From NCBI GenBank assembly GCA_038496445.1, contig JALMLS010000009.1, positions 1 to 64,000 of the forward strand: a stretch of 64,000 nt of DNA. The letters run 5' to 3'. This document shows positions 24,404 to 37,500 of this stretch, piece after piece. The notes beneath the pieces are model-generated. The model was not told where the DNA came from, did no database searches, and saw nothing but the letters and a program-made list of their open reading frames with translations. This DNA is from Trichosphaerium sp. ATCC 40318 (taxonomy: Eukaryota > Protista > Tubulinea). The first letter of the stretch is position 1; each line of letters starts with the position of its first letter. A program made the position numbers and the translations under genes.

Positions 24404-26715
24404 TTATTGTGAGGTAAATACCAATGAGGCAAACCGAAAGTAATTAAGTGTAGGGATTCCATCAACGCCAATGCTTGATTCACACGTATTACGCGACCAA
24501 CTGCGGATACAGATTAGTCAATTGCTTTTGTTCAATAAAAAAAAACCAAAAGTACCTAAATTCCGCTTGGACTTGTCCGTTTACTACATTTGATAATGGA
24601 ATAGAGTTAAATCCATCTGCATCTGAAAACGAATGTTCTTTGTTGTTTATGCTAACTTTCCAGGTTGTTGAACAAGCGTCTGTAACCCCAAATCTAAAAA
24701 ACAGTCAGACGACAGTTTTTGGTTTTTGCCGTGCCGAAGAGTCGCAGTTTTTGCGTTTGAAGGGTTGGCGTTTGCTGTACAGTTGACGGTTCCCGAGTTT
24801 TTAGAAGTATCAACCATCACACAATCAAAGAAATATTCGTTAACTGAGTATGTGTCCTTCAAGGTATCCTGAAAGTTCGTGGCAACTGATAGAACCTTTG
24901 AAAAAAAAAGAAATAAGTTGTAGCCTAAAATGTACACGTGCTTACTGTCAATGATTTTGGCGGTACTTGAAAACTTTGTGAACTTTGTAGCGAGTGTCCA
25001 AACTTGTATAAACGCGTTGAATTCAAGACATACATCGTTCCATGGCTCAATGACAAATTTGGTATTGATAGGAAGATTTCTTGAGAGTTTTCTTCAGTAT
25101 TGACGATACCAATGTTTAATGTATTTGAAGTTGTCGAAGCTTCTACTAAAAGAGAATTGCTCTGAGAGGTAGCCATAACACGAGTACCTGTAGTAGGTTT
25201 TTGTTAGAGGTGTGAAATTAATAGATTTTCGTTGTCACCTCTCATTGGTTTCATGGCTTGGTACATTGCCATCTCTGGAGTAATAGGTATGGCAGAGGTT
25301 CCATTGAATCTATCAAGTCCTGAAACGCCAAAATCAAATATTTGGCGAGCAGAGATCTTATCAGGATGACGCAAGAAGTTAAACGTTAAAAGAATAGTTT
25401 CAAAAGTCCGTTGATTGTAGTGCGCTTTCCAGTTATCGAAGTCGGCTTGAGTATCGATCTGCACTTGCGTTTCAGTGATAGCGGAACGTAACCTATCAGG
25501 CAATGAGTAACGGTTGAGTTGTTGTTAAGTTGGTAGTACCATTTGCCATGTTCTGTTTTGGCGTATGCGGTAATAGTATGTATTTCACCTAGAAGATTCT
25601 GGACATTGTTAGGTGTCTTGTATGAATGGAAGTCAATATGATCTAGAGTGTTCAAAGGAAGCGCAGCATCCATCAGTGGTTTCGTATAACCCAACTATGA
25701 CGAGTATTACAACAATGGAGTCACGTGTTTGAAAGTTGTTTTTGTTTTCATAGTACCCATGTTTTACCGTATGTTGGAGGACACCATGTCACAGGACCGC
25801 CAATATTAATACCAGGATTCTCTTGTTTGATAGAAGAAACGACTTGTTTATAAAAACTAGCATAATAATCACCATCCTTTCCAGCACGCCAAAAATGAGC
25901 ATTTGGTTCGTTCCTAAAAAACCGCTTTAGGCATATAAAAAAGTCACGTGATATTTCTTCATCGTACCACAAGTGAAAGTATTTAACGTTTGGGTTAACC
26001 TTACGTATAAGTTTTACATACTGCGTCATAAAAAGAGTCCACCAGTCGAAATCTACTGGGATATTTCCAGTGCTATGAAAATTCTAAGGTCACCAAACAA
26101 ATAAAAACTCTATTTTACCTGTCACATTGTACATTAGAAGAGCAGCTACCGTCAGGTGTCTTTAGATAAGCCTTAAAAAGGGAGAGTAAGACACTTTCAA
26201 GTACTTTTTTGGTGATCCTTATACCCATTGTTCAACATTGCTTCGTGATAGTGCACCGTTTTTAAACACCTGACCCATAGCGTCGTGCTCAGTGAAAGTT
26301 TTTTCGGCACCTTGTCACGACAAAATAAGCCTCGCAAAATGCCGTTTCCAATACATCACGTGTTTGCAGCGTACCATTAGGATCCTCAAAGTAACTCTTT
26401 AGTGCGCTTAGAGATAGTGGGCTTCCTTTAGGCAGCAATTTACCGCTAATAGAGCCAAAACCAATCTAGAATGGGTTCTTAGCCTTAGTCAGAACGTATG
26501 TAGAAGCGTACTGATTCTACACCGTAAGTTGTAACATAGTTTTCAGCATCTTGGCCATTAGTCCAATATCCTGAGCTTCCGTACGTTGTAAGTCCAAATA
26601 TTTGCGGTTGTATCGTTGTATAACCGTTTACATTGACAACAGTATCAGTATTGATTGTTACCGTTGTAGCACATACTACAGCTGCTACAAAAAAGCTCAA
26701 TAAAGCAAACTTCAT
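24404..26715 (-). CDS. Secreted clan GH-A glycoside hydrolase (GH39-like)
   Basis: Signal peptide; spliced FHLWNEPN acid/base motif, INIGGP, DHIDFHSY and AITE nucleophile region. Confidence 0.75.
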
Positions 26716-26956
26716 TGTTGTTTTGTGCACAAAATGTCACTTAAACCATTCTACACTTTTGACTTAACAAAGAAGCACGTGATTGACGTGATTGACTCGT
26801 CCAGATTGCAATAATATTCGCAAGTATGGAATCCTATCGCGCGCATATTAGTCGTTCAGCGCGGTGTTGGGTATTTAAAATGCTTGACTTTCGTTTACTC
26901 TCCAGCTTTCTTTTGTACCATTACTTTGACGAACGAAGACAGGAAAGTTGGAAATT

Positions 26957-29168
26957 ATGCTTCTCTTTGTGGTTGTAGTATCGTTAATAGTATTTGGGAT
27001 ATTAAACGCGTTATACGTAGTAAACTACAAGGTACAACTGTCGATTTGGCCTTTTCCACGCGTAACAATACATTTTAGAGTGCTATGGATGCGCCGGGTC
27101 CTTTTATTCCGTTAATGATATTTGGACCAATAATAACGTTCATTCGAGCGCGAGCCCAAATGAAAAAGATTGGTGTCTATAATTTTGGAACGTTAATGTT
27201 CAAAAAGGTACCTTTGGACAGATTTTTCATATAAAAAGGACTTTTGGACTCAAGTATTCAACTCGTTGTTCTCTTGTACCCGTTAATTCCACCCTCTTTT
27301 GGTAGCAATCACGTGACACAACCATTTATCACGTGACTTGTTTGAATAGTCGTTTTCTTATTACATTAGTATGGTCTTGTGTGGGGCATTAGGGATGTTG
27401 TTGGCAGAAGTATTATGCTGGTTGCTGAGCCTACTTGCTTGGAGCATGTCCTTAAAGGCAGCTTCAGTAACTACGTTAAGGGTATTGGTGGTCGCTTTAC
27501 ATCCTTTTAAGAGTTACTTTAGGACCAAGATACCAGTACTGTTTGAAAGAGTTGTTTGGTGATGGTATTTTCAACGTTAATGGAGAGAGGTGGAAAAGGC
27601 AACGTAAGGTAGCAAGTCACTTATTCAAAACTCGTGAAATTCGACAAATGCTAAATGTGTTCAACCGACACTCTCAACAGGTATGTATTGATTTGTTGAT
27701 AACGCCAACAGAAGGCTAATCTACTTGATTGACTAGGTATTACATATTCTAAGTAAGAGCGCTGCTAGCGGTGATATTGTAGATATTCAAAACTTATTTG
27801 CCAGGTATACACTTGATTCAATAGCTGAAATTGCATTCGGATATGAAATAGATAGCCTTAATGAAGATTCTCAAGATGACACTAAGAGGGAGTTTGCAAA
27901 TGCTTTCAATAAAGCGAGTATGTTAGTCGCAACACACTATGATAACCCTTTCTTTTTTGTACGTTTCAAGTTATAAAGTAATAACAGCAAAAGAATACAA
28001 GACAAGCAATCCACTTCGAATTTTTTAAAGGGTACTAATTGCGTTTTGTTGATAGCTTCTAAGACATGCTCCTTGGCTTCAAAAGTACCTTTTTGGTAAA
28101 ACAATGAAACAACAAACAAAAAGCATTAAGATAATGGAAGATGTCATTTACGAGATTATTAACAAGCGTAAGACAGACAAAGACCTTGAGTCCAAACAAG
28201 CACGTGCTATATTTTTTTTGTTTCTTACAAAAAAGAGAATCGAATGCATTCAACAGCACTGAAACTTATCTTTGATAGGATCTGCTTTCTGGCTTTTTCC
28301 AATACGGAAAAAAAAATGATATGGAGTTCACAGATAAATATCTAAGAGATATAACCCTGAACTTTATGTACACTCTATAACGTATAGAATGAAATCCTTA
28401 CCATATTTTGAGGCTTGCTGGTCGTGATACAACTTCTGCAGCATCTTCTTTTTGTGCTTATCTCTTAGCCAAGAATCCAGATAAACAAACAAAGGTATCA
28501 CAAACACGTGAATTTTGCACTGTTCAGTAGGATTTTTGTTATTAATTTTCTGATGTAGTTGGTTGAAGAGATTGATAGATGTACTGGAGGTAACTTGCCT
28601 GAGTACGACATGATTAAAAAAATGCCATACCTGCGTGCATGTATAGATGAGACTCTAAGATTTTACCCACCTGTCCCTGTTGATCCAAAGGAAGCTGTAC
28701 ATAACGATGTTCTTCCAAACGGTACAAAAGTTAAAGCTGAGGTAAGTAGCATGTGAAAAGCAGCCACTTACATCTTTTTCAGACGGACGTTATTTGGTAT
28801 GCATATGCTCAAGGTCGTATGGAAGAATATTGGGAAGAACCAATGAAGTTCTGGCCAGAACGATGGTTATCACCTGATGGAAAAACACCAATAAAACATC
28901 CGTATCAATTTATTCCTTTCCACGCAGGACCAAGAACTTGTTTAGGAAAACAAATGGTACCACGATTTTGATAGTCTTTACAACCAACTAAATAACTGCG
29001 AACTTGATGTAATTATTTATTAAGGCATACACGGAAACAGCAGCACTTTTGATTTGCTTATTTCAAAAATACCGCTTGAAAGATGTACCTCATGATCCAC
29101 CAAACGTTACCCTGGCAGTGACCCTTATGTCACAAAATGGTGTTAAAGTAAGTGTGATGCCCAGATGA
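26957..29168 (+). CDS. Cytochrome P450 (CYP86/704/52-like fatty-acid hydroxylase type)
   Basis: N-terminal TM, LFGDGIFNVNGERWK, LAGRDTT (I-helix), ETLR (ExxR), PERW and FHAGPRTCLG heme motif. Confidence 0.96.
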
Positions 29169-29280
29169 AATGTTTCTGGTTGATCATTTAACCACGTGTA
29201 CTAAGTATAGAATAAAATAACTAAATCATTAAGCTACATCTCAACAGATATTATTAACGTGTAACATGCTGATCATCTCC

Positions 29281-30550
29281 TTAATCGCCCAGTAGCAACA
29301 CTTCAGTAGGAATATTAGCGGTTTCATGGTGCTCGGTAGCTGGCTTTTCATCAGTATACTTGTATGCATATACCACTTTCCCAGTTCGACTCTTCCTCAT
29401 CTGTGTAACTCTTACACCATGCTCGTATGTTGAGATAACGCTATCATCAGCTTCTTCTCCCGGATTGCACATCCAATGGGCTGTGGTAGTTTTTGTACCA
29501 TGTAACTTTCCATCAAGAAAATAAGCTGTGCTGATAGGCTCACAAGTATCCTTGTCTAACCATTCTTCTTTTCCTTCTTTTTTCCCATCGTCGCCATAAG
29601 TACTAGTCTTACGAATGTTTCCGTTTTTATAGTAATCAGTATACTTACCAACCCAGTTACCATTTTTCATTGTACCACGTGATTTAATGGCTTTAACACT
29701 ATGATAGAATTCAGTGTGATCTCCGTTTTTAAGTCCATTCTGGTAGTGACATATAAGAGTGACTCTGTCGTTATAAGGACCCCATTCTTTATACTCTCCT
29801 TCTATACCACCATTCTTGTAGAAGCAAGAAGCAAGTATTGTTCCGGATCCGCCATAGTATCTTTTGTAGTCTCCGTCTAATAACCCATTGCGGTATGTTG
29901 TGTCAACATAGACAAATCCACTATCATGCCAACGTTTAAATGGTCCATGTAAGACACCATCAACGTAGTTCACCTCAAACTGAAGGATCCCTTTCTTAAT
30001 ACCAACCAATTTACCAGTTTCTGTATCAGCCCATCTAAGATAACAATCAGAAAACTGAACAACAAAGAACTTCTCATTTCTACGTACAAGTTCTTGTTCC
30101 AAATACGTTGCAAGCCGTGAAGCTTTCCATTTTTGTATTGGTATTCTTCTAATCTCAGACCATCAAACCAAGATTTATGAGATACAATCTCTCCGTTTTC
30201 GTAAGTATCAACGGCGATGAGATTTCCGTCTTTGTTGTACTCTCTCCACTCTCCAACGCGTAGATTATTAAAATATAGCGCTTTAAGCTTCAGAACGCCA
30301 TTTTCATGCCATGTTTGGAACCTACCTGTTTTCTCAAGAGACTCGTTGTAGCGAGTGGATACAGCGCTTTTAACACAAAATAGAGGCCACTTTTGGTACA
30401 AATCGCTATCAATATCCCATACTAGGTGAGATATCTCTAATGGGAGCGAAAGCAAGTCTTTACTAAGTTCGCTGCATAAAAGTAAGGATTGCCTCAGGAA
30501 AATAAGCGTACTTACCTTGTATAAATACTATCCACTCCGTGTGTTGTCAT
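29281..30550 (-). CDS. F-box-like N-terminus + MORN-variant (YwqK-like) repeat protein, 3 exons
   Basis: LLSLPLEISHLV start; repeats GxW/YxxW/YxxNGxL..YxNG. The two track ORFs join through an intron (GTACGT..CTGATTGTTATCTTAG) at about 30035-30087. Confidence 0.85.
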
Positions 30551-31304
30551 TACGAGTTCTGATTGTTGTTTGGAGCTCTCAGACTTACTAAAAAGTCTTT
30601 AGAAGTCGACTGATTTCGGACCTTACTAAATATGGAGCTACAAACAACTTGCTTATTATCGCATGAGTGCTTAATAAGCCGTTATTGCATGAAATCCATA
30701 AGATTTGCACGAAACTATGTAAAGAAATACCTTACGTTTTTTGTAAAAGCGTCAGTAGGTACCAAGTTTGACTTTACATTAAAACGGCCTACAACCTCCG
30801 TTTACTAATGTTTGAGACTAAGGAATATGACATAAGTACAAGTCAACAATCGAGCGTTGTAAGCAAGGATTCGAGGTAATAACGCAATGCCTAAGGTATT
30901 GCTTGACTGTGAGTTGCATATTGTTAACGATGTAACAGCAAAAAAAATACATAAACCTTAAAAGAAATAAACACTTTTTTTATACAATTACTTTCAATGC
31001 TACTGTTACTTCTAAAACATTCAATGTCATCCCAAACTCTGGTCCATAATAAATTGTTTAATTTGACCATTGGGAAACCATTGCTTCATATCTTGCTTTT
31101 TACCGTTTACAAAGTTACACTGCATACTTATAATACTTATAGTGTTAATTTTGCGCTTACGTCTTGTTTTGCAGTCATGCGATTTGGTGAAGTAATGTCA
31201 ACACAGGTAAACAGAAAAAAGTTTTCTATTTTCTATGCTGCCCGAAATATAGTTACAAGATTATCGAATAGTTCACGTGAGACACAAAAGTAACTGATTA
31301 TACT

Positions 31305-32509
31305 ATGGAAGCATTGCCAAGCGAAATACATGCGTATTTGCTTCAATTTTTGCCAATAAACGCCGTAACCTCCCTACGATTGGTTACCTCGAGTTTTGCA
31401 GCGTGTTCTTGGCTACACGCGCCTTTTAAGGTAATCTAGCTACAAGTAAGCACTCTAACCCTTAACCTATTGAATAAAGGAACGTGCTACTAAATACCAA
31501 CATGTACAATGGGGCGAAATACTGCATGGAGTCAAAGCAATTTTTTGTGGCGAGCAATCTAAAGTAACACTTTTTCAGTAAAAAAACGTGAAAAAAAAAC
31601 TAAGGTGGCTCATGCGATAATAGGTTTATGCCATGGCTTCAAGCGGTATTCATTGCATCACAGAAGATTGTAATACCTTGATTGTACCAGTTGAAAGAGC
31701 ACAATTTATAGGCTATGGTAAGTGTAAAAGGCTAGAAAGACCTTAGCAAAATCTCATTATTTTCTTAGATAGCGTTGAAAGGAAGGTTTATTGGCGTATA
31801 ATAAGAAGTAGTAAGATGCTTATTCATAGCTGTAATATAGATCATCCTAATGAGGATAGCACTTGCATGGAAGCCGAGGATGGCACATGCCACCTTAAAA
31901 AGTTTAGCTTTGTACGGCCCAAAAATGATAGCATTGGAACTATAAAACTTGGAAGTTGTAGAACTTTTATTTATGCACGTCGAAATGGGAACCTTGAGAT
32001 CGTATCACGTGAAAACCCAAAGAAACTACTGGCAAAAAGAACTATATCTAAACTATCTCCAGAAATAGTGTGCAATAATCAAGGCAAGATATTTACAGCA
32101 ACTGCAATGAATGGATATGAAATACGTCAAATTTTTGAAAGCGCTGATTGGTCATTCACAACTAACATCAAAATGCTATCCATTAACAAATCAAATATAT
32201 CACGTTCTTTACGGAGAGTCGAGAAGATAATAGAGTTTAAAAACTCTCATGCATCACACATAAACGGCGTTACATGTGATGAAAAGGGTAAACGTATTGT
32301 AATCGTTTTCATTTATTGACTTTTTTGTTCAAGGCAACTTTTACTATGTCACACGTACTGGTGTATTCAAAATACTTCCTTGCGGAGATCATTACGAAAT
32401 ACGCACATCATTGTCATCCACGAATGATATAATCAGTGTGTCATGCCATAAAAAAGACTTATTTTTGATTAGTAAACACTCAGTATTGTACAAAATAAAT
32501 CTGACCTAA
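31305..32509 (+). CDS. F-box protein with probable beta-rich C-terminal domain, multi-exon
   Basis: MEALPSEIHAYLLQFLPINAVTSLRLVTSSF is a canonical F-box; downstream exons are spliceable. Confidence 0.7.
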
Positions 32510-32864
32510 AACAAACTTTATTGCTTTGTGTGGCAGCAGCACAGTAAACAACATCACTTGAAAAAGCACCTACTCGATGCCGAAATATGTGCTTTTTTCG
32601 CCTAGGCGAGCGTATTTGGAAGCAACAGTGTGGAAACAAATGTTGGTATTAGCGATTGAGCAAAACAAGCAAAAGAAAGAATACATTTATAAAAATTAAA
32701 TTGATTTGTATTATACCACAAGCGTTACAAACTCTACAAGTACGGTACCTATTGGGTGTACCCAATGGCGCTCTTAACAAAAAAAAAACCAAGATACGCT
32801 TTTTACCCTTTTTCGTCACTTAGTCCATTTGATCACGTGTTGCCAAGCCACACATAAAACGTGA

Positions 32865-34295
32865 TCATTTCTTTTTAATGAAAATGACCACAACAATAAT
32901 GACAATCAGTACAGCAACAACTGTACCAATTGCCAAGATACATAACTTATTGCGGGCTTTCTTTTGATACTTGGCTGCTTTAGATACTTCACTAACAGCT
33001 TCTGTAGTATTCTGGTGTGTATGTTCAACGTTAGTTTCAATGTTATCTAACAAACCAAGTTAGAACGAGCAAGAGACAGAAGAACGTGCAAGCGAGAGAA
33101 GAAAATGAGAAGAAAAAAAAGACCGAGAAAAAATTGATCACGTGATTAGCTGGCGGGGTAAAAAAATTCCGTACCTATCATTTGTCCTTGCTCATTAACA
33201 AGATCAGCGAGATCCTTCATAATTTCATTTACTTGAGCCATTTGTCCCTGTATATGAACAATTTCTTGGTCCCTGTCATTGATCATATTTGACATAAAAT
33301 CGACTTCATTATCAATAGCATCAACTTGTGTTTGTCTAGCAAGTAATCCAACACGTTCTTCAGCAAGATCATCTTCATATGGAATAGCTACAAAATAATC
33401 AGAATAAATAAAAAAAAATAATAAAAACCGCCGACTTGCGCTGCTTCCACACTACTCAAAAATACACGAGTAAATGTGTAACAAGTTTTCAAATAAAATA
33501 CGCAAGCAGGAGGTCTAGGGTCGACCCAACAAAAAATATGATCATTCCAACGCTTTTGATATTACATACCTGTTATTTGACTAGTTTCGAAGGTCTCTTG
33601 TTTCTGTTGCCTACACATCAGACGCAAGTCAGCACAAGCGTTCTTTTTTTTCTTTCACAAAATAATTTATTTGTTTCAATTGTACCTTGGCGCTTGAGTT
33701 TCCATTTGCTCTGTAATAAAAGCAATCTCATCATCTACTTTTGTCTTCAACTTTGAAAAATCGCCGGATATTTTCTGCACCTTTCTACGACTATCCTACA
33801 CGTTTTTAATACGCGTGATGCTATAATTAGTGCGTAACGTACCGATTGAAGCGTACCAGCACTCAGATTTTTAATGTTTCTTACAGTAGCAGCGGACAAC
33901 GTTTTAGTCTCCTGTAATGTGCCTTTACTACCAGAAAATCAGTTTTGTAAATGCGTTACAGGCTACTAAACGTTTTAAGCTTACACGGCCTCTCTGAAGC
34001 TTGCTGTGTCTCTAGCAGAACCAATAGCCTTTGTGTATTGTTGTATTTGACCGTAATTGTAAACTACAGTGTTTATGTTCTTCCTGATCAGATTAACCTT
34101 TGTTTCGAAGTCAGGATCGACGCTGGAGCGGCTGGTGTCGTTGTTGGAGTATGAAGGGGCACCATAACCGCCTGTATTGTTGTATGGAGAATACGGTTGC
34201 TTAGAACGTTGATTTTGATAACCATTTGTAGTAGAAGTGGCTCCCTGTCCCCACGATCTACCACCATCGTTACCGATCTGTTGCCCAAACGACAT
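32865..34295 (-). CDS. Endosomal Qa-SNARE, syntaxin 7/12 (Pep12/Vam3)-like
   Basis: IGSARDT Habc region, SNARE helix (QVNEIMKDLADLVNEQGQMIDNIETNV) and C-terminal TM after YQKKARNK. Confidence 0.92.
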
Positions 34296-34504
34296 CTTTA
34301 AATTATCAGTTTGTGGCGTTTTCGAACGAAAGTAATACAGAAAATTCTAAAGTGCGTGTAAAAATACAAATACCAACCTCGCAATTAAATGGTGTGTTTT
34401 GTAGCTCCCTATCTTTTTGAGACGTTTGCTTAACTTGTAACTTGCTTAACGCAAAACGCGAAATTGTTGCTTTGGCGAAGAGATAGCCTTCTGTATTTAT
34501 CTTG

Positions 34505-37500
34505 ATGTCACAGCAACAACTGAAGCGGGTCTTTGAAGGCCCTGAGCCTGTTGGTTATGTTGCTGGTTTGGGTCGTGGGTACGTTCTAACACTATAATTA
34601 CGCATAAAGAGTGCGTTACGATAGTTATAATGTAACTCTTATTAGTGCGACTGGATTCACCACTCGATCAGATATTGGCCCAGCTAGACGAGCGCAAATT
34701 ATACGTGAAGCTCAAACGTTCATGGGGTACTAATTTTTAAATCATTGATCAAAAACAATTATTCTCGTACTAAATCCGTTTAGACCACCAGGAACAGCGC
34801 CACCAGCGCAAGGATCACAGTATGTCACCTTTATTTAATTCTCTAAAACAAACCGTTTTCTATGCCATCTCACTTTCTTGTAGATTTGGAGTTGCTCCTG
34901 CAGGTTACAGACCAGGTATTGGCCGTGGTGCAGGTGGATTTGGCGACAGCCAAATGGCTATGTCAGAGGGAGGACTAGGAGACGGCGCACCAAACTTAGG
35001 CGAAGGAGACACTGGGTTGTTCGCTAATCTGAAGTATGATAAAGATGATGACGAAGCAGATGAGTACGTTTTGTTCAGTTTCCTTAACGTTGCCTTTTGA
35101 AACTACTAGCCTTGTTTATAGTAATAATGATGAATAGTATATGGTCTATGATAGATAAGAAGATGGATCAAAGAAGGAAAAGACGTCGTGAAGAGCGTGA
35201 ACAGAGAGAGTTAGCAGAGTACAGAAAAGAAAGACCAAAAATATCAGCTCAGTTTGCGGATGCCACAAAAGAGTTAAAGAACGTTACCTATGAGGAATGG
35301 GAAGCTATTCCTGAAATTGGTGATCGTAGTGCTAGGTCCGTGAGTACATAAACAAAATAAGAGATTTTGACATGTCCTGAAAATGTCAAGTGTCAAAGTT
35401 GTTTTTTCTCTAAAATTAAAAGGTTCGCTTTCTTACTTGTTAATAGGACCAAGAAGCAAAAATTAGATCGCACAACACCAATGCCTGATGGAGTACTTTT
35501 GCGTCAGATACAATCTCAAGGCGTTCACTCTTCTTTGGATAATAGACAGATGGGTGGAGGATGGACACCAAGTACGTGAACATTTTGTTTTCACATAACA
35601 CAAAATGCCCAAAAATACTTTGAGTATTTATTTTTTTATAGACGGGTTCGTTACTCCATCAGGTGGAATGCAAACACCTTGGGGTGGTAGAAGTTCTGTT
35701 GTACCTACACCAGGTACTTCGGCTGATTTAACACAGTTCGGAAATGCCAGAAAGTCATTGCTTAGTACGTCTTGGTTTTTTTTGTTATTTTTGTTTCTTT
35801 TTTTTCTCGCTTTGTTTGGATTAAATACTTATATCTTACACCCTAGGTTCAAGACTTACATCTGCATCTGATTCAGTAACTGGACAATCTAATGTTAATC
35901 CATTGGGTTACTTAACTGACTTGAATCAACACAGCAAAGGAAGGAGTGAGGCTGAAATTGGTGATATAAAGAAAGCCACCGTGCTATTGAGCGGTCTTCG
36001 TAGAACAAACAAAACGTATGTGGAGTCATTTGCAATAGCTAATTTTTATTTGTATTTCACGTGTTGCTCTTCAAATTATTTTTTTACTTATTGTGTCCTT
36101 TAGACACAGTCGTGGATGGATAGCTTCTGCTAGGTTAGAAGTTGCTGCAGGAAAGATAACTAAAGCGAGAAAAACTATTATGGAGGGTACAAAGTATTGT
36201 GCACGTAATGAGGATATTTGGCTAGAAGCTGCACGTCTTCACCCACCTAAAGATGCTAAAACAATTCTTGCAAGAGGCGCTCAAAACATACCAACAAGGT
36301 ACCTTTTTTTCCTCTGTTGTTTTCTTTCTATTTTCATTGAAGTTTTTGGAAGACTTTAGATAACTGTTCTTCTTCACTTTATTATTACTGGTAGACTGCA
36401 TACTTACTTATTTTTATAGTTATAGGATATGGATCGCAGCGTCTAAGCTTGAAACAGACCCTAAAAGAAGAAAGACAGTACTTCGTAAAGCATTGTTGAA
36501 TATATCAAACTCTGCCATTCTATGGAAGGCTGCCATAGAGCTAGAAGAGCCTGAAGATGCAAAAATTATGTTATTGAGAGCTACAGAATGCGTTGAAGAT
36601 GATGTAGACTTATGGCTTGCTCTAGCGAGACTTTCTTCTTATGAGAACGCCAAAAAAGTTTTGAATCGAGCTATCAGAAAATTACCAGCAGAAAAGAGGA
36701 TTTGGATTGCAGCTGCTCAGCTTCAAGAGGCAAATGATAATTTAGGACTAGTTGGTGATATTATTACACGTGCTGTTGAGGCACTTGCTACACATAACAT
36801 TAATATAAGTCGTGTTGATTGGTTAAAAACTGCTGAAGTTTGTGAAAAAGAAGGAAGTATTGATACTTGTCAGACTATTGTAATGAAAACGATTGCTCTT
36901 GGATTAGAAAAAGAAGATCAAAAACGAACATGGATAGAAGATGCTGAAATGTGTATTGCTAGACGATCAATTTGTACAGCAAGGTAAGACTATTTTGGGG
37001 TTACTTTTTTTTTAAGTCACTGTCCATTTGTTTTTTGTAGTTTTTCTTACTTTATTCTTAGAGCTATTTATGCATATGCCACCTCTGTGTACAACAAAAA
37101 AAAGTCTCTTTGGTTGCGTATGGCTGATTTAGAACGTCAAGAAGGTTGCAAGGATAAATTGATAAGTGTACGAACAGCAATGCGCTTATGTTTGTTTCGC
37201 TTCTAACCTTTTTTTATAGGTATTACAAACTGCTGTAGAAAATTGCCCTGGCGCCGATATTCTTTGGCTTATGCTTGCAAAAGAACAATGGCTTGGTGGG
37301 GATATTACAGCAGCTCTTGAAACACTAAAGAATGCGTTTAAAGCTATCCCAACTTGTGAAGAGATTTGGCTTGCTGCAGTAAAACTTGAGAAAGAAACTG
37401 GTCGTTTCGATAAAGCAAGGCTAGTACTTACGAACGCACGTAAACAAGCAAACTCAAAACGTGTTTGGATGAAGTCAGCTATGCTGGAGAGATCTCTCAA

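Noticed and set aside
29970-30102. Apparent programmed frameshift between two overlapping MORN ORFs
   Set aside because: A canonical intron (GTACGT..CTGAT..TTAG) joins the frames.
35079-35088. TTTCCTTAAC, a U12-type branch-point consensus in a PRP6 intron
   Set aside because: The donor is GTACGT (U2-type) and the motif is about 50 nt from the acceptor used. No U12-type donor was found at any intron.
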